Origin: Octopus sinensis
Lineage: Eukaryota
DNA: 64,000 nt
Direction: 5' to 3'
Assembly (NCBI RefSeq): GCF_006345805.1
Contig: NC_042998.1
Span: 68,076,001-68,140,000 of the forward strand
The translations under genes and the position numbers were made by a program. The notes under the pieces are model-generated. The model was not told where the DNA came from and made no database searches. It worked only from the letters and a program-made list of their open reading frames with translations. Shown here one piece after another: positions 27,829-44,040 of the stretch (the first letter of the stretch is position 1; each line of letters starts with the position of its first letter).

Positions 27829-28134
27829 CATTTCTTCAATTCACCAATAATATTTTAATTTCAATTATCCGCACCAACGCACGGTTGCAACACCATATGG
27901 TTGTACCTCCAACCGTGCTGTCTTCTGCTGTGATTTTTGCTACCAAGGTATCGGTTAAACTTTTGATTAATCTGCTACAAGATTATTCATCTTTCTATTT
28001 CACATAATATATATATATATTATATATATATATCTATATATATATATAGATATATATACGTGTGTGTATGTGTGTGTGTGTATGTATGTATGTAAGAAAG
28101 AAAGAAAAATAGATAGTTAGATAGATAGATAGAG

Positions 28135-28179
<45 letters not shown>

Positions 28180-28539
28180 TACAAACAGACAGACAGATAA
28201 AACATCGACACCTTCGTCATTGCTATCATAACCATCCATATTATTGCTACATAGTATTAACTGACCTCACTCTAACATACACAGTATTCTCCCTTTTATT
28301 TCAACTTTTATCGCTGTGTACGAAGTAGTTAAAACTTCACCTGTTGCGCAGATGAAGTTTCCTTCTCTATGTTAAAGCTATTCATCATACTGCTTCTGCA
28401 GGAAGATTGCTTTAAGTATTTCAACATTAATGCAGCTGTTTATAATATAGGAAGATGATAAAACTGTAGGTTGCGCCTCCCCTTCTCAAACACGTTTGTC
28501 TTAATGTAATTCCTCTAAAATCCATGATGATAGTAACAA

Positions 28540-28588
<49 letters not shown>

Positions 28589-28844
28589 TAATAATAATAA
28601 TAATAATAATACTAGTAACAGTAATAATAATCTTTTCTATACTAGGAAGAAGGCCCGAAATTTTGGAGGAGGGGGCCAGTCGATTAGGTCGACCCCAGTA
28701 CTCAACTTGTACTTAATTTATGGACCCCGAAAGGATATAAAGCAAAGTCGACCTCGTCGGGATTTGACCTCAGAACGTAAAGACAGACGAAATACCGCTA
28801 AGCATTTTGCCCGGCGTGCTAACGTTCTCTGCTACCTCACCACC

Positions 28845-28905
<61 letters not shown>

Positions 28906-29439
28906 TGATGATGATGATGATGATGATAATGATAATAATAATGCCCCAATGCAGTACCAGGCAGTGGCTCTCGTGGCTTCTGATCTTAACTGTTTGGAAG
29001 TGTTATCATGTACATTGTTTTGTCTTGGGCTACAGCAGATATTCTGCTCAATACCACAGATTTGCTTGTCAGTTGTTTTACCTTAACCAATTGAGCATGT
29101 CCCTTAGTGGCTGACGATGTGTGCATCTCTGATCACGAGCAGAAGTAGTGGGAGAGCATCATAGCCGTGTGTTGAGAGGGATTTTGGGGGTTTGAACAAT
29201 TTATCTCTGGAAACATAGGTGTTTCGTTCAACATCGTTAAACAACCCTTATTCAAGGACCTGCAAGGTCATGTGCTGTTTATCTTGATATGAGATCACCA
29301 TATCCCGCACATATGGTTGTGATGCATGTGCCTAGTCTACCCTTATCTGGCGGCTAGTCATGATGGGTATACTGGGCTTCGTATATTTTACCCCAGTGTC
29401 ACTTTGAGTGCATGCACTGCTCTCTCACTCAATATTAAT

Positions 29440-29454
29440 GATGATGATGATGAT

Positions 29455-29501
<47 letters not shown>

Positions 29502-29690
29502 ATGAAGAAGAAGAAGAGAAGAACGAAGAAGAGAAAGAAGAGAGAAAGAAGATGAAGAAGAAGAAGAGAAGAAGAAGAAGCAGAAAGAAAGAAAGAAGAA
29601 GAGAAGAAAAGAAGAAAGAAGAAGAAAGAAGAAGAAGAAGAAGAAGAAGAAGAAGAAGAAGAAGAAGAAGAAGAAGAAGAAGAAGAAGAA
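29440..29690. repeat. (GAT)n/(GAA)n compound microsatellite
   Basis: Directly visible. It produces a spurious poly-D/E/R ORF. Confidence 0.95.
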
Positions 29691-29799
29691 TTCGCTACTG
29701 TCCTCTTAGATACCTACCAGATTGATCAGGTTGAAGAATAATGCGCCATCTGCTACTGCAAAGAAAAGAAAATTAATTGCAAAGACAAAAGCACATGAA

Positions 29800-30580
29800 T
29801 AATTAGCTAGCTGATGGGAACAGAAACCTCTGCATGGCAAGTATGTGGCCCGTAGCAAACAAGCTGATATCGACCAGAAACACACGCATTAATGGTTACG
29901 AAGCTCAGGGCTAAAAGCAGAGAGTGGAGGTTGCATATTAGCTGCTCAAGACCAAAGCTTACTAGCCAGGAACTACCAAACCAATGTGATAAAAAATGGA
30001 GCTGACCCAAAATGCCGATTCTGTAAGGATGAGATTGAAACAATAGACCACCTAATCTCAGGGTGTAGAGTCTTAGCACCTGTAGAATATAAAGCAAGAC
30101 ATGACAGTATTTACACTGGACAATATGTCGGCATTATAAAATCAAAACCGCTGACATAATGGTATAAACACCATCCTCAAGCTGTGACTGAGGGAGAAAA
30201 TGTGTCGATGCTCCGGAAATTCCCCGTACATACCGACAAAACTATAAAAGCTAATAAACCGGATATTATTATAAAAGATCAGACAAAAAAGGTGTGTTTA
30301 TTAATTGACATGAGTATTCCTTGCGATCACAATATAGCGGCAAAAGAATTTTACAAGATCAGTAAATATAAAGACTTGCTAATAGAAATTGAAAACATGT
30401 GGCATCTCAATGCGACTACAGTAACAGTAATTGTAGGATCTCTAGGAATGATAAAAAAGGTACTGAAACCTATTTGAAAATCATACCAGGCTTACCATCC
30501 CTACATGAAGTGCAAAAAATCGTGTTAACTGGAACGACTCATGTACTGAGAAGAATTTTGAATTGGACACAAAGCCAGCA
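29800..30580 (+). mobile_element. R4/Dong-clade LINE 3' fragment (subfamily A), decayed
   Basis: W.QKPLHGKY...SGLKAES...AAQDQSL..RNYQ...DPKCRFC...KPDIIIKD...LIDMSIPCDHN...KYKDLLIEIE with stops and frameshifts. Similar to the element at 60487-62524. Confidence 0.85.
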
Positions 30581-33450
30581 ACTTCGAAAGGAAGTGGACT
30601 TGATTCATTACTTCGAGCCCATAATGATAATAATAATCCTTTCAAATTTTGAAACAAGGCTATCAGTTGTTGTGTTGGTGGGAGGGAGTCCATAACATCA
30701 ACCCCCATTATTTGATGGTACTCTATATTTTAACGACCATGAAATGATAAAAAGCAACGCTGATCTTGGTGAGAATTCGAAACCAGGACAACAAAGATCC
30801 GGATGCTAGAAATTCTTCAGAGAATAGACAAGTTGATTAGATTGATATAATTAGTCGGTTGGTCTTTTGTTTTATAGATTCTGGAACATATAAAGGTGAC
30901 CTCTGCAGGATTCGAACTCAGAGCATAAAGAACTGGAACATGTGCCACAAATGAAAGAGCGAATCAAAATTACACGACTAATAAATAAGAACAAAGATAC
31001 ACTGAAGTTTAAGTTCAGAAAAGTGTACCGAGACAACCTTAAAAAGCAAAAACAAAAAAAAACGAAGATGTTAATTAAAAGAACTAATGTATTAGATAAG
31101 AGGCAAACTTGTCATTTAAAAGATAAAACAACTATTTAGATATAATTATGCTTAGATATAATAATAGCTAAAAACAAATACATAGTACAAATGAAAGTAG
31201 GCGTTAGAAATATATAATTTACACGTATTATAATAATATATAAAACTAAAGTGGATGTTAACTATAAGATAATAGGTATCCATACACTAGCTGCGTATGA
31301 ATTCGTTTTAATAAGTTAAGTAGCGGTTACATTGTGAACTGGAAGCAAACTGGATTAGTAAAACTAGATAGGAAAGAAACATTAAAAAAAATCTGAAACT
31401 AAGATTGAATTATTGCATTTACCACAAATACAATATTTAAGATGTCTTCTACAATGTGAAGACTGTTATATAATACATTGCGCATTATTACAAAAATAGC
31501 TGGTGCAGAATAAAGGGAAACTGGTTACAAGTAAAATATATAGTATAATTATAATGTGTGGGGGAAAAAAAAAAGATGAGCAAAGGTACAAAATAAAGTC
31601 ACGAATAAGTCAATAGGAAATTAGTGGCACAGAGTATGTGGATTTATGAAAGAGATGGAGAGTTTCAACAGCTTAAATTCAACCGTTTTTAAATAACTAC
31701 AAGGTTTTGGAGCTGAGATGAAATGATGGTTGTTAGGGCCAGAGAGATTGGCTTAACAGAGTATGAATCGTACTAGCGTGTTTCCAAGTACTGACATGCC
31801 TCCTTACAGAGAAAAGAGAGAGTGAGCGAGAGAGAGAGACAGAGAGAGACAGAGAGAGAGACAAAGACAGACAGACAGGCAGAGACAGACAGAGAGAGCG
31901 TTAGATAAAGGTAGGATCTAGGGTCTAGACTGCATCGCTCAAGAGTAACGAAAATAACGTTGACAAGTTCAAGGCAGCCGAAAATGTTTTAGCCCTTGGT
32001 TTGTATGTGTTCATTGTTGTGATTCTGGAATAGGTTTCGAGTAGATTTACATAGTGTGTGCAGTATATAGTTAAATGCGAAATGGACAGTGATTATGATG
32101 GCTTTCAACTTGTTAGTACTTCTCCCAAAACCAACATGGTTGGGAAGATTAGGAAACCAAGATTCTGCAAAGCTGTTAGAGGCTCTGATTACAAGGCACC
32201 AACTGTTTCGCATTCATTTCGGGCGACAGCAGTAGTTCTTGGCTCAGTAAAGAACCCTTCGTGTTTTGACTGGTTGTTTGCAGTACTGACTAAGGGTTGT
32301 CTACCTTGTGGCTGTAGTGATTGTCTTCGAGCCCTATAAGCTATGCTTTCACCGACAATTTTGCTCTGTACTTATGAGTAAACTACTTGAGGATCTTAGA
32401 ATTGAGAATATTTAGTGTCTGTGCTTCACAAAATCACTTGCATAAGAAGATAAGTCAAGATACATGAGTAGATGTTTCTTATGGGCCACGTGAAAAGTTC
32501 GAAGTCATCAGCTTAAGCGCCGTAAGGCGGTAAGAGATGGTTTACTTGAGACTAGATGTACGTTGAGAACATACGCATATACATACATATACACACGCGT
32601 ACAGAAAGATGTATTTATATAAACACATATGCGTGTTTATACAGAGAGGTAAATATATATGCGTGTGTGTATCTGTATTTGTGTGTGTGATGTATGTATG
32701 TACATTGGTATGATGCATATATATATATTTACAGAGGAAAATGTTTTCTGCGAGGCTTCTCTTAAACACACGTCTAAACAACACCGGCACGCGCTTATAG
32801 CTTTTTTGAAATAATTTTGTAATAGTTTAATCTGAAACCTTGAGTTGAAACTGTTACTTCACTTTAGGATGGTCATACTCTCCATAAACGCATGCACCGT
32901 CAATATAGTATGTGGATAGACTACAGATCGAGTACAGTGGATCAGCAATATGGAAATCAAAAATTCGTTCCACGGATTCGAATGATCCGACACTATGAAA
33001 GGTTACAGCGGCATTGTACATACATGCAGTAGATTTTGATCACACATACAAAACTGAGAGAATGAGTAGAATAACAACTTCACCCACGTCCACAACATCA
33101 ACACAGGAATGAGCGTAACATAACTCAACTAATGACAGCCATCATGCACAGAGATAAATTCAAACAACAACCGCACACATGTGCATATTATATGCACGTA
33201 CGCACGCAGACACGCACAAGTTCATATATAGCACCAATATAAACAAAAGCATGAAAGTGAAAATAAACAGGGACAGTGTAAACAAAACAGTGATGAAACA
33301 CAAATTCAGCTGGAAAATTTTAAATCATAGGAAAAGTCAAGATTATCAGGAACCCTTTATAGCAATAAATGTTTCCTCCTGACAATATAACAAAAAGATA
33401 AGTGGGGCTCAATCAGTGCGTATGTCATTGGGAGTATGACCCTCCCAAAC

Positions 33451-33498
<48 letters not shown>

Positions 33499-33880
33499 AT
33501 GTATGTATGTATTATGTATGTATGTATGTATGTATGTATGTATGTATGTATAAGGGTAGCATAAGATCAGAGAATTGTGCAACAATCACGTAAAGCTCTT
33601 CTTAAGGACTCAGTTAACAGTCTACATAGTAAACAATTACAAAGAACCGTCTTGTAGAGTGTCCACGTAATTGGAAGTCCAGAAAATATGTTCGATGACA
33701 TTATATACATGATATATATATAAACTCATAAAGTCACGCCGTTAAATAAATGTATATTTACCTCTCATATCTACTGATTTGTATGGGGAAAATGTGTGAC
33801 TGTGTGTGCGTGTGAGCGTGCGTATATAGGTATATATGTTTGAAATACACTAAAGCTTTTTGTACTTTTTTTACTTTCAG

Positions 33881-34006
33881 AGCCCTATGACTACCCAGCT
33901 TGGTGTTTGATCCTCGTATTCAGCGTTCATGCGACAGGAGCGTCCATTTTCATTTTCGAATGGCTTAGTCCATTTGGACTGCATCAAGGAAAAACCCCTA
34001 TCCGAG
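33881..34006 (+). CDS. Nmdar2: Next coding exon of the same GluN2/Nmdar2-like gene (pre-M1 and M1 transmembrane helix)
   Basis: Polypyrimidine tract and acceptor ttactttcag|AG, donor CGAG|gtaact. The phase-1 junction with exon 884-1073 rebuilds G+AG=E and gives EPYDYPAWCLILVFSVHATGASIFIFEWLSPFGLHQGKTPIR, matching GluN2 EPF....W.......FEWLSP.G. The exon is 126 nt, phase 1-1. Confidence 0.92.
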
Positions 34007-34179
34007 GTAACTGAGGTAAATTTTGAATCATCGATAAATGCCCGTATGTAGTTAACGGCTGGTTATACAACACATTATTTTTATAGAGAGTAATTCAAAA
34101 TCACACATTGAAATGCTTGTGTATATTTATACACATAAACACACACATAGGTGTTTATACACACACACACATACGCACG

Positions 34180-34219
<40 letters not shown>

Positions 34220-34574
34220 GGAGCACTCCGTCAATTACGACGACGAGGATTCCAGGTGATACGATCAACGGAACAGCTTGATCGTGAAATTAACGTGCAA
34301 GTGGCTGAGCAATCCACAGACACGTGTACCCTTAACGTAGTTCTCATGGAGATTCAGCGTAAAACAGATTGTGACAAGACTGGCTCTTTTTTGAAATATA
34401 AGTACTACTCATTTTTGCCAGCTGAGTGGACTGGTTCAACGTGAAATAAACTGTCTTGCTCAAGGACACAAAACGTCGCCGGGGATTGAACTCACGACCT
34501 TACGATCGCGAGCCAAATGCCCTAAGCACTAAGCCACACACCTTCACACACACGCGTGCGCACACACACACACG

Positions 34575-34617
<43 letters not shown>

Positions 34618-34735
34618 CCACTTACGCATGCGCATACAAATAATATTCGTCCTGACACAAGTAATAATTCAATTAAACAGTCACAATGTCTGCTACTCAG
34701 CATTATATTCCATAATCCAGAACCTTCGTCTACCA

Positions 34736-34968
34736 CAGCGTTTCTCAACCGGCGTCCATACAGGATTTTGATGTTAAAGTTTATATGCAATAAATTACTT
34801 ACACTGCTAAAATACACAAATTATTTTAACAATTTTTTAAATAGAATTCCTGATAATATTTAATTAGAAAAATATAATAGGATTTTTTAAAACATCGAAT
34901 ATTTATGAGGGTCCAGTAGAGGAAAAAACTAAACGGCCCCGTAGGCAGGAAATGATTGAGAAACACTG
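34736..34968. mobile_element. hAT (Charlie-like) MITE
   Basis: TIRs CAGCGTTTCTCAACC / GATTGAGAAACACTG. The TSD is not cleanly resolved. Confidence 0.6.
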
Positions 34969-35773
34969 CTAGACTCCAGCTTCTTCCACTGATATTTATT
35001 AAACAAATCTGAGGATCTTTCTAATATTTTTATGAAGTCACGATCATAAGTTTGAGGGGTCGATTCCAGGATCAGGCGATGCATAGTGTTCTTAAGCGAG
35101 TCACTTCATTTCACGTTGCTGCAGTTCAGCAGTAGCTGGGAAGTACAACTTGTAATGGACCGATGACCTGTTCAGGAGGTGCGTAATGTTGTAATTCTTC
35201 CAATCAGTTAAACGCCGCTTAAATTGGGATAATTCCTGCTTTATAGGACTTAGGACTCGTGATAAGCCTAAGTGTGGATCTATCCACCCTACCATATTTG
35301 ACGATTGGATTCGAAACAAGATGAATTTATTAGGTCCGAAAACGTAACATGTTTATTATTTTCAACGATAAATCAATCGAAAATTTAGGAATATAACTTA
35401 GTGATTCATAGGTAAAATGCATCGTTTAAAAAACATAACAAATATAAAGCAAATTACACATTTAGCTGCTTTTGGTCGATCGTTTCTAGAAACTTCTCTA
35501 TTTTTATTTATATTTATTCAATTTACCCCATTCTTATTGGTGCTTTTACCATTCTTTGTTGTATTTTTACTCCTGCAAATATATCAATGAAATCTATGTG
35601 AATTCACTAATCAGATCATTGACAGTATTAACCGTTCACGTAGTTCTGCTTTTTAATATGCAATCATTCAGACTTTCCTTCTCTTTCACTTTCTATCTTT
35701 ATATCTCTCTCACACTCCATGTTTTTCAGTCTCACTCATTCGCTCAGTCCTTATCATTCTCTTTTCTCTCTTG

Positions 35774-35842
<69 letters not shown>

Positions 35843-35927
35843 TCTATGTCATCCACTTACATATCTCTGCCTCTCTCTTTCGCTCTATTTATCTAATTAT
35901 CTATCTGCACATACGCGTATACATGCA

Positions 35928-35979
<52 letters not shown>

Positions 35980-36236
35980 ATGTGTGTGTGTGTGTATGTA
36001 TATATGCATGCGTATATATATATATATACACACATATATATCCATACATATATATATGTATATATATACAAACACATGCGTATATATATATATATGTGTG
36101 TGTGTGTATGTGTGTCTGTGCGTGTGCCTGTACGTGTGTCTGTGTGGGTGTATATATATATATATATATATACATAAATACATACATATATATATCCATA
36201 TACATATATATATATATACATACGTACAATACGTAC

Positions 36237-36283
<47 letters not shown>

Positions 36284-36286
36284 TAC

Positions 36287-36329
<43 letters not shown>

Positions 36330-37002
36330 CGTGTGTGTGCGCGCGCGTAGCCCTCTCTATCTTTAATCCTGTATCTATCTGTCTATCTAAAACTAGCGTA
36401 GATTACATATTAAGATTGCTTTCCACCATTGCTTCTCAATCATTCATCACATGAAAATGACAACGAGATTAGCATATATTTTGCTAGTCAATTTCATGTC
36501 AAGTTTTAAGCAGTTTCATATAGTGTTTCTAATTTTCTTCTTGTCATTGATGTTGTCGTCGTCATCGTCGTCGTTCTAGTTGTTTCTGTCAATGTTGTTG
36601 TCGTCTTTGTTTTGTTTTGTTTTTTTTCTTCTTTCATTTTTTCGCTTTAATTTTATTTTCGTTTTCTACAGTAACTGTTTTTGGAAAATTGTTTTCCTTC
36701 TATATTTCGTGTGATTTATTCAGATCTTCAAACTGAGCTGTTTTCACCGAATAAGTCAGCCAACTTAGGATTTATATATCGTATATTCTATTGCTTAGAC
36801 ATGTAGCACTCACACTATGTAGTTTGTTTCTTTTTTTTTTTCGTAACTGTCTTCTTATTAATATGATATTCTTTTTACTCTTTGTGTTGTTATAATTCTT
36901 GCTGCTGTTGTTGTTGTTGCTGGTGCTGCTTTTCCTGCCGTTGCCGCCGCGGCAGTTTTGCTTTCTATTCTTGTTATCATTTTGATTCTGTCATTCAGCG
37001 TG

Positions 37003-37033
<31 letters not shown>

Positions 37034-37112
37034 GTGTGTGTGTGTGTATGTATGTATGTGTGTGTGTATGTGTGCGTGTGTATGTGTATGTGTGTGTGTG
37101 TGTATGTGTATG

Positions 37113-37145
<33 letters not shown>

Positions 37146-37152
37146 ATGTGTG

Positions 37153-37189
<37 letters not shown>

Positions 37190-37231
37190 GTTGTGTGTAT
37201 GTGTGCGTGTGTATGTGTATGTGTGTGTGTG

Positions 37232-37296
<65 letters not shown>

Positions 37297-37362
37297 GGAG
37301 GTGTCTCTGTATGTGTTTTCTTTTCCGATTTGGTTATATTCAATTTCAAAATGTGTTCAGTA

Positions 37363-39513
<2,151 letters not shown>

Positions 39514-39582
39514 GATGCTTGATGAGATCGATGTAATCGACTTATTCCCTCCCGTTGAACTTGCTCTTCTTGTGGCAAAACT

Positions 39583-39615
<33 letters not shown>

Positions 39616-41220
39616 AATCCTTTCTACTATAAACGCAAGGCCCGAAATTTAGGGGATGGGGACAGCCGATTACATTGACCCCAGTATTGAACTGGCACTT
39701 AGTTTATCGACCTCGAACGGATGAAAGGCAAGGTCGAACTCGGCGGAATTTGAACTCAACGCGAAGCAACGGGTGAAATACCTATTTCTTTAATACCCAC
39801 AAGGGGCTAAACACAGAGAGGACAAACAATGACAGACAAACGGATTAAGTCGATTATATCGACCCCAGTGCGTAACTGGTACCTATTTAATCGACCCCGA
39901 AAGGATGAAAGGCAAAGTCGACCTCGGCGGAATTAGAACTCAGAACATAGCGGCAGACGAAATATCTATTTCTTTATTACCCACAGGGGTTAAACACAGA
40001 GACGAAATACGGCTACGCATTTAGCCCGGCGTACTAACGATTCTGCCAGCTCGCCGCCTTACTACTACTACTTCAACAACAACAACAACAACTACTACTA
40101 CTACTACTACTACTGCTACTACCACTACCACTAATACTACTACTACTACTACTGCTGCTGCTGCTACTACTGATGCTGCTGCGACTACTACTACCAATAA
40201 TAATAGTAATGACAATTTTTTATCAACTATAAAGGCTAAATGTCAAAGGCATTTATACAAAACAATAGGGCACAACACAGTAAGTGTTTATATAAATTTT
40301 GTAAAAGGAAAAAAAAATTAATAATAATCAATAAAATTATCGGTGAGCAGTAATTAATCAATTAGTTAATTAAGGAAGAGATGGTGGAGGTTATTATAAT
40401 GATACTATGTTTTATTGGTTGCAATATTCAAGACGTAGGGACGTGTACGCGGACGCAACACAAAAAAACGATACAAAAGTGCAATATCAAAAACAACAGC
40501 AACAACAACAATAATATTAATAATTTAGCATCCTTTCTCAAGATGATAGTTTCGCAGGTCAAGGCGACATGTGACCAAGACAAGCTGGTAAAGGTTGAAA
40601 TTAAAAGGTGATTCATTATTCCCATTTGTATTTCTTAATGCTTCGATTCCCCTGTCTCATATATTATAAAACAGCAGACCCTGCAACTAACCCGCGAAAA
40701 TTAACGACAAGATGATCCACTTAATATCCGTGGATCACCATAAACGTTATGGTAAACCTGAGAAGATTCTGGACACTGTTTCCTGTACATAGATTATTCG
40801 AATGCAATTTGGTAAAGACTGAAAAATATTTCCCTTTACAGATATCAAAGTGATAGAATATCGAACAACTGGAAACTGTCCTGAAACATGCAACCAGTTG
40901 AATATTTCCATCCTCATTGATATATCATGAATGTTTTGCTTCTTGGGGCATTAACACACTAAATTTTCGACGTCCACAAGCTTAGTTTGTAGAAGCCCAC
41001 AAGTTCATTCATCGCCTTTTTAAATAACTGTGGCACCATTTTTTAAATACAAAAGGCGAGGCGAGGCTGTGTGTTCAGAAGTTTACTTTTCAACCACATG
41101 GTTCAGGGTTCAGTCTCACTGAGTGGCATCATGCTAAAGTTTCCCTCAAGCTGAACATAGCCTTTGCAGTGGATGTTGTAGATATATATATATATATATA
41201 TATATAGGTATATATATATA

Positions 41221-41587
41221 CAGGGTGATTCAAAAGTCTCCATACATAGGAAAGATATATATATTTTTATAAGAGACAGTTTATAAGATTCCCTAAATTC
41301 CCTGATCTGACCCCTCTTGATTTTTATCTTTGGGGGACATTTGAAAGGCATGGTGTATCGAAGAAAGATAAAAGACATAAATCATTTGAAGGAACGCATC
41401 ACCAACTCATTTGGACACGTAACACCAGATGTTCTATTACGAGTTCACAATGGGTGGGGTAAACGTATTGCAATGTGTATTCAAAACAATGGCAACCATA
41501 TAGAATAAAAATAGAAACTGTCCTTATAAACTGTTTCTTATAAAAAGATGAATTGCTCCTACGTATGGCGACTTTTGAATCGCCTTG
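41221..41587 (+). mobile_element. Tc1/mariner non-autonomous deletion derivative retaining the transposase C-terminus
   Basis: TIRs CAGGGTGATTCAAAAGTCTCCATAC / GTATGGCGACTTTTGAATCGCCTTG with TA flanks. Internal PDLTPLDF...WG(G)HLKGMVYRRKIKDINHLKERI...RIAMCIQNNGNHIE. Confidence 0.9.
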
Positions 41588-41599
41588 TATATATATATA

Positions 41600-41830
41600 T
41601 ATATAATGTAACTACACGTGAACTGTTGGCCATTTTTCCTCCTTCTTCCTTTTCCTTTCGATTTCCTATATCTCCCGTTTCCGAAGAAGAGCTATGCTCG
41701 AAATGTAAAACAACCACACTTAGTTTCCTTCTCTGAGCGTCTCATTAATACTTCGCATGTACTACGTCTTCACGTTGTTGTTTTTTTCTTGTTTTCTTTT
41801 TTTCTCCGTTATTCCTCAAAACGTTGGACC
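41600..41830 (+). mobile_element. Penelope-like pLTR fragment with hammerhead-like motif 41677-41711
   Basis: GUUU-CCGAAGA-A-GAGC uau GCUC-GAAA-UGU-A-AAAC followed by ttccttctctgagcgtc..taatac. Confidence 0.6.
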
Positions 41831-42143
41831 TTTGGAACTTCCTGCCTACTTATGTTTTTCCTGCAGTTACTGACTTTTTACAGCTAGAGTGAAACACCAA
41901 CAGCATTAATCTCATTGCTGTTGGAAGAGGCAGCAAAGGTAATTCGTGCGACACCTTTTTGAGACCTACCGAGTAAAACTAAATAGAGTTCAGTGAAAAA
42001 GACGAGTCAAAAGGAAATTAAGAATAGATCTAAATGGAAAGAATACAACTACGCCATATATCCGCGAGCATATGGTGTAGTGGTTAAATGCGCTGGCTAC
42101 TAACCCCAAGATTCTGAGTTCGATTCCAGCAGTGATCTGAATG

Positions 42144-42194
<51 letters not shown>

Positions 42195-42204
42195 TAATAA
42201 TAAT

Positions 42205-42784
42205 AAATGCCCTGATGCAGTACCAGACAGTGGCTATGCCCTGATGCCGTACCAGGCGGTGGCTCTCATGACTTCCGATCTTAACTGTTTGGAAGTATTA
42301 TCATGTACCTTGCTTTGTCTCGGTAAAAAAGATGGGCTACAGCAAATATTCTGTTCAATACCACAGATTTGCTTGTCGGTTGTTTGACCTTAACCAGTTG
42401 ACCATGTCCCTTAGTGACTGACGATATATGCATCTCTGATCACGAGCAGAAGTAGTGGGGGAGCATCATAGCTATGTGTTGAAAGGAATTCTGGGAGGTT
42501 TGAATAATTCACCTTTGGAAACATGGGTGGTTCGTTCAACATCCTTAAACAATCCTTATTCAGGGATCTTTTGAGTGGAATGGGCTACTCGACCAGACGA
42601 AAATTCTAACTGGGCCCCACCCGCAAGGTTATGCACTGTTTATCTTGATATGAGATCACCATGTCGCGCACATATGGTTGTGATGCATATGCCTGGTGTA
42701 CCCTTATCAGACGGGTAATCAGGATAGGTATACTGGGTTTCGTAATCCCAGTGTCACTTTGATGGCATCACTGCTCTCTCACTC
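42205..42784 (+). mobile_element. ~560 bp dispersed repeat (family D) associated with (TAA)n, probably a non-autonomous retroelement; representative copy
   Basis: Sequence aaatgccctgatgcagtaccag...ctgctctctcactc(aat)n. Other copies lie at 20470-20875 (5' truncated), 28941-29430, 38960-39352 (3' truncated) and 59490-60043 (opposite strand). No recognisable ORF. The orientation is inferred. Confidence 0.75.
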
Positions 42785-42788
42785 AATG

Positions 42789-42866
<78 letters not shown>

Positions 42867-42913
42867 TTAAAAAATACCTTGGGAATGAGAACCCAGGTTC
42901 GAAATTTCCCCAA

Positions 42914-42959
42914 GACACCTGATTAAGGCTGGAGGGTACATCAGCCGAAACGTTGTGTT
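42914..42959 (+). ncRNA. Minimal type I hammerhead-ribozyme-like motif (second family, core CUGAUUA)
   Basis: GACAC-CUGAUUA-A-GGCUG gaggguacau CAGCC-GAAA-CGU-U-GUGUU. Helix I has 5 bp, helix II has 5 bp, and helix III is the palindrome ACGU. Confidence 0.55.
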
Positions 42960-43836
42960 AACAACAAGATGAGGACAAATATCCGTCAAATGTAAGTAAT
43001 GTAAATAATGTAAATAATGTACATAATTCTTCATCTCTTAAATATTGAGCTGTAATACCACAGATGTCTTAAACAACATTTAGTGTCAGATATTTATGTG
43101 TGTGTGTGTATGTGAATGTGTGTGCATATGTGCGTGTAGTGTGTAGTTTGGGGAAGGCGAGAGCAGGAAGCTGAAACTTTGAAGCCCCTCTCAAATGCTT
43201 TGCTGTAAAAGAATATATAAGTGTATATGACAATGTGGAGGGGATAAGGGAAAAAACAAGAGGAGGAGAAAATGAAGTAGAGGGACGGGAGGAGAAGGCA
43301 AATTACAGAGAAATATGAAAAGAAGAAGAAGAAGAAGAAGAAGAAGAAGAAGAAGAAGAAGAAAGAAGAAGAAGAAGAAGAAGAAGAAGAAGAAGAAGAG
43401 GCGGGGGAATGGGAGTGGGAATTCCTTTTAAAATCATTGAAGCTATGCATTTCTACAGTTCCACTTGATTAACTATCAACACAATAGAAAGCCTGGAGAA
43501 GGGTTCCACATTGTTTACCAGATATTCGGAGAGCCTCTCGCAATCAAGAAACTTCACCTGACTCCTCAACGTAGTATTAAGAATCGTTCATCGCCCTGCC
43601 AGAGATCACAACTATATCTAACTCAAATCACACTCACTTCTATTCGTTTCAGTCATGTGACAGCAGCCATGTTAGAGCACCGCATTTAGTCGAACGAATC
43701 AACCACAGGACTTTATTCTTTGTAAGCCTAGTACTTATTCTATCGGTTCTCTTTTGCCGAACCGCTAAGTTACGAGGACGTAAAGACACCAGTATCGGTT
43801 GTCGAGCGATGGTGGGGGACAAACATAGACACACAA

Positions 43837-43901
<65 letters not shown>

Positions 43902-44040
43902 CGACGGGCTTCTTTCAGTTTCCGGCTACCAAATCCACTCAAAAGGCTTTGGTCAGCTAGAGGCTATAGTTGAAGACACTTTCCCAAGGTTCCACGCAGT
44001 GGGACTGAACCGAGAACCATGTGGTTAGTAAGCAAGCTAC

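Noticed and set aside
29408-29725. Acidic/basic poly-D/E/R ORF
   Set aside because: It is a (GAT)n plus (GAA)n tract following a family D repeat.
32058-32339. Non-repetitive 93-aa ORF in relatively GC-balanced sequence
   Set aside because: No recognisable domain or splice context. It could be a decayed retrocopy, but I cannot support a call without a search.
42063-42140. tRNA-like sequence (also the heads of the other SINE copies)
   Set aside because: A/B-box-like motifs are present but there is no complete cloverleaf. These are SINE heads, not tRNA genes.
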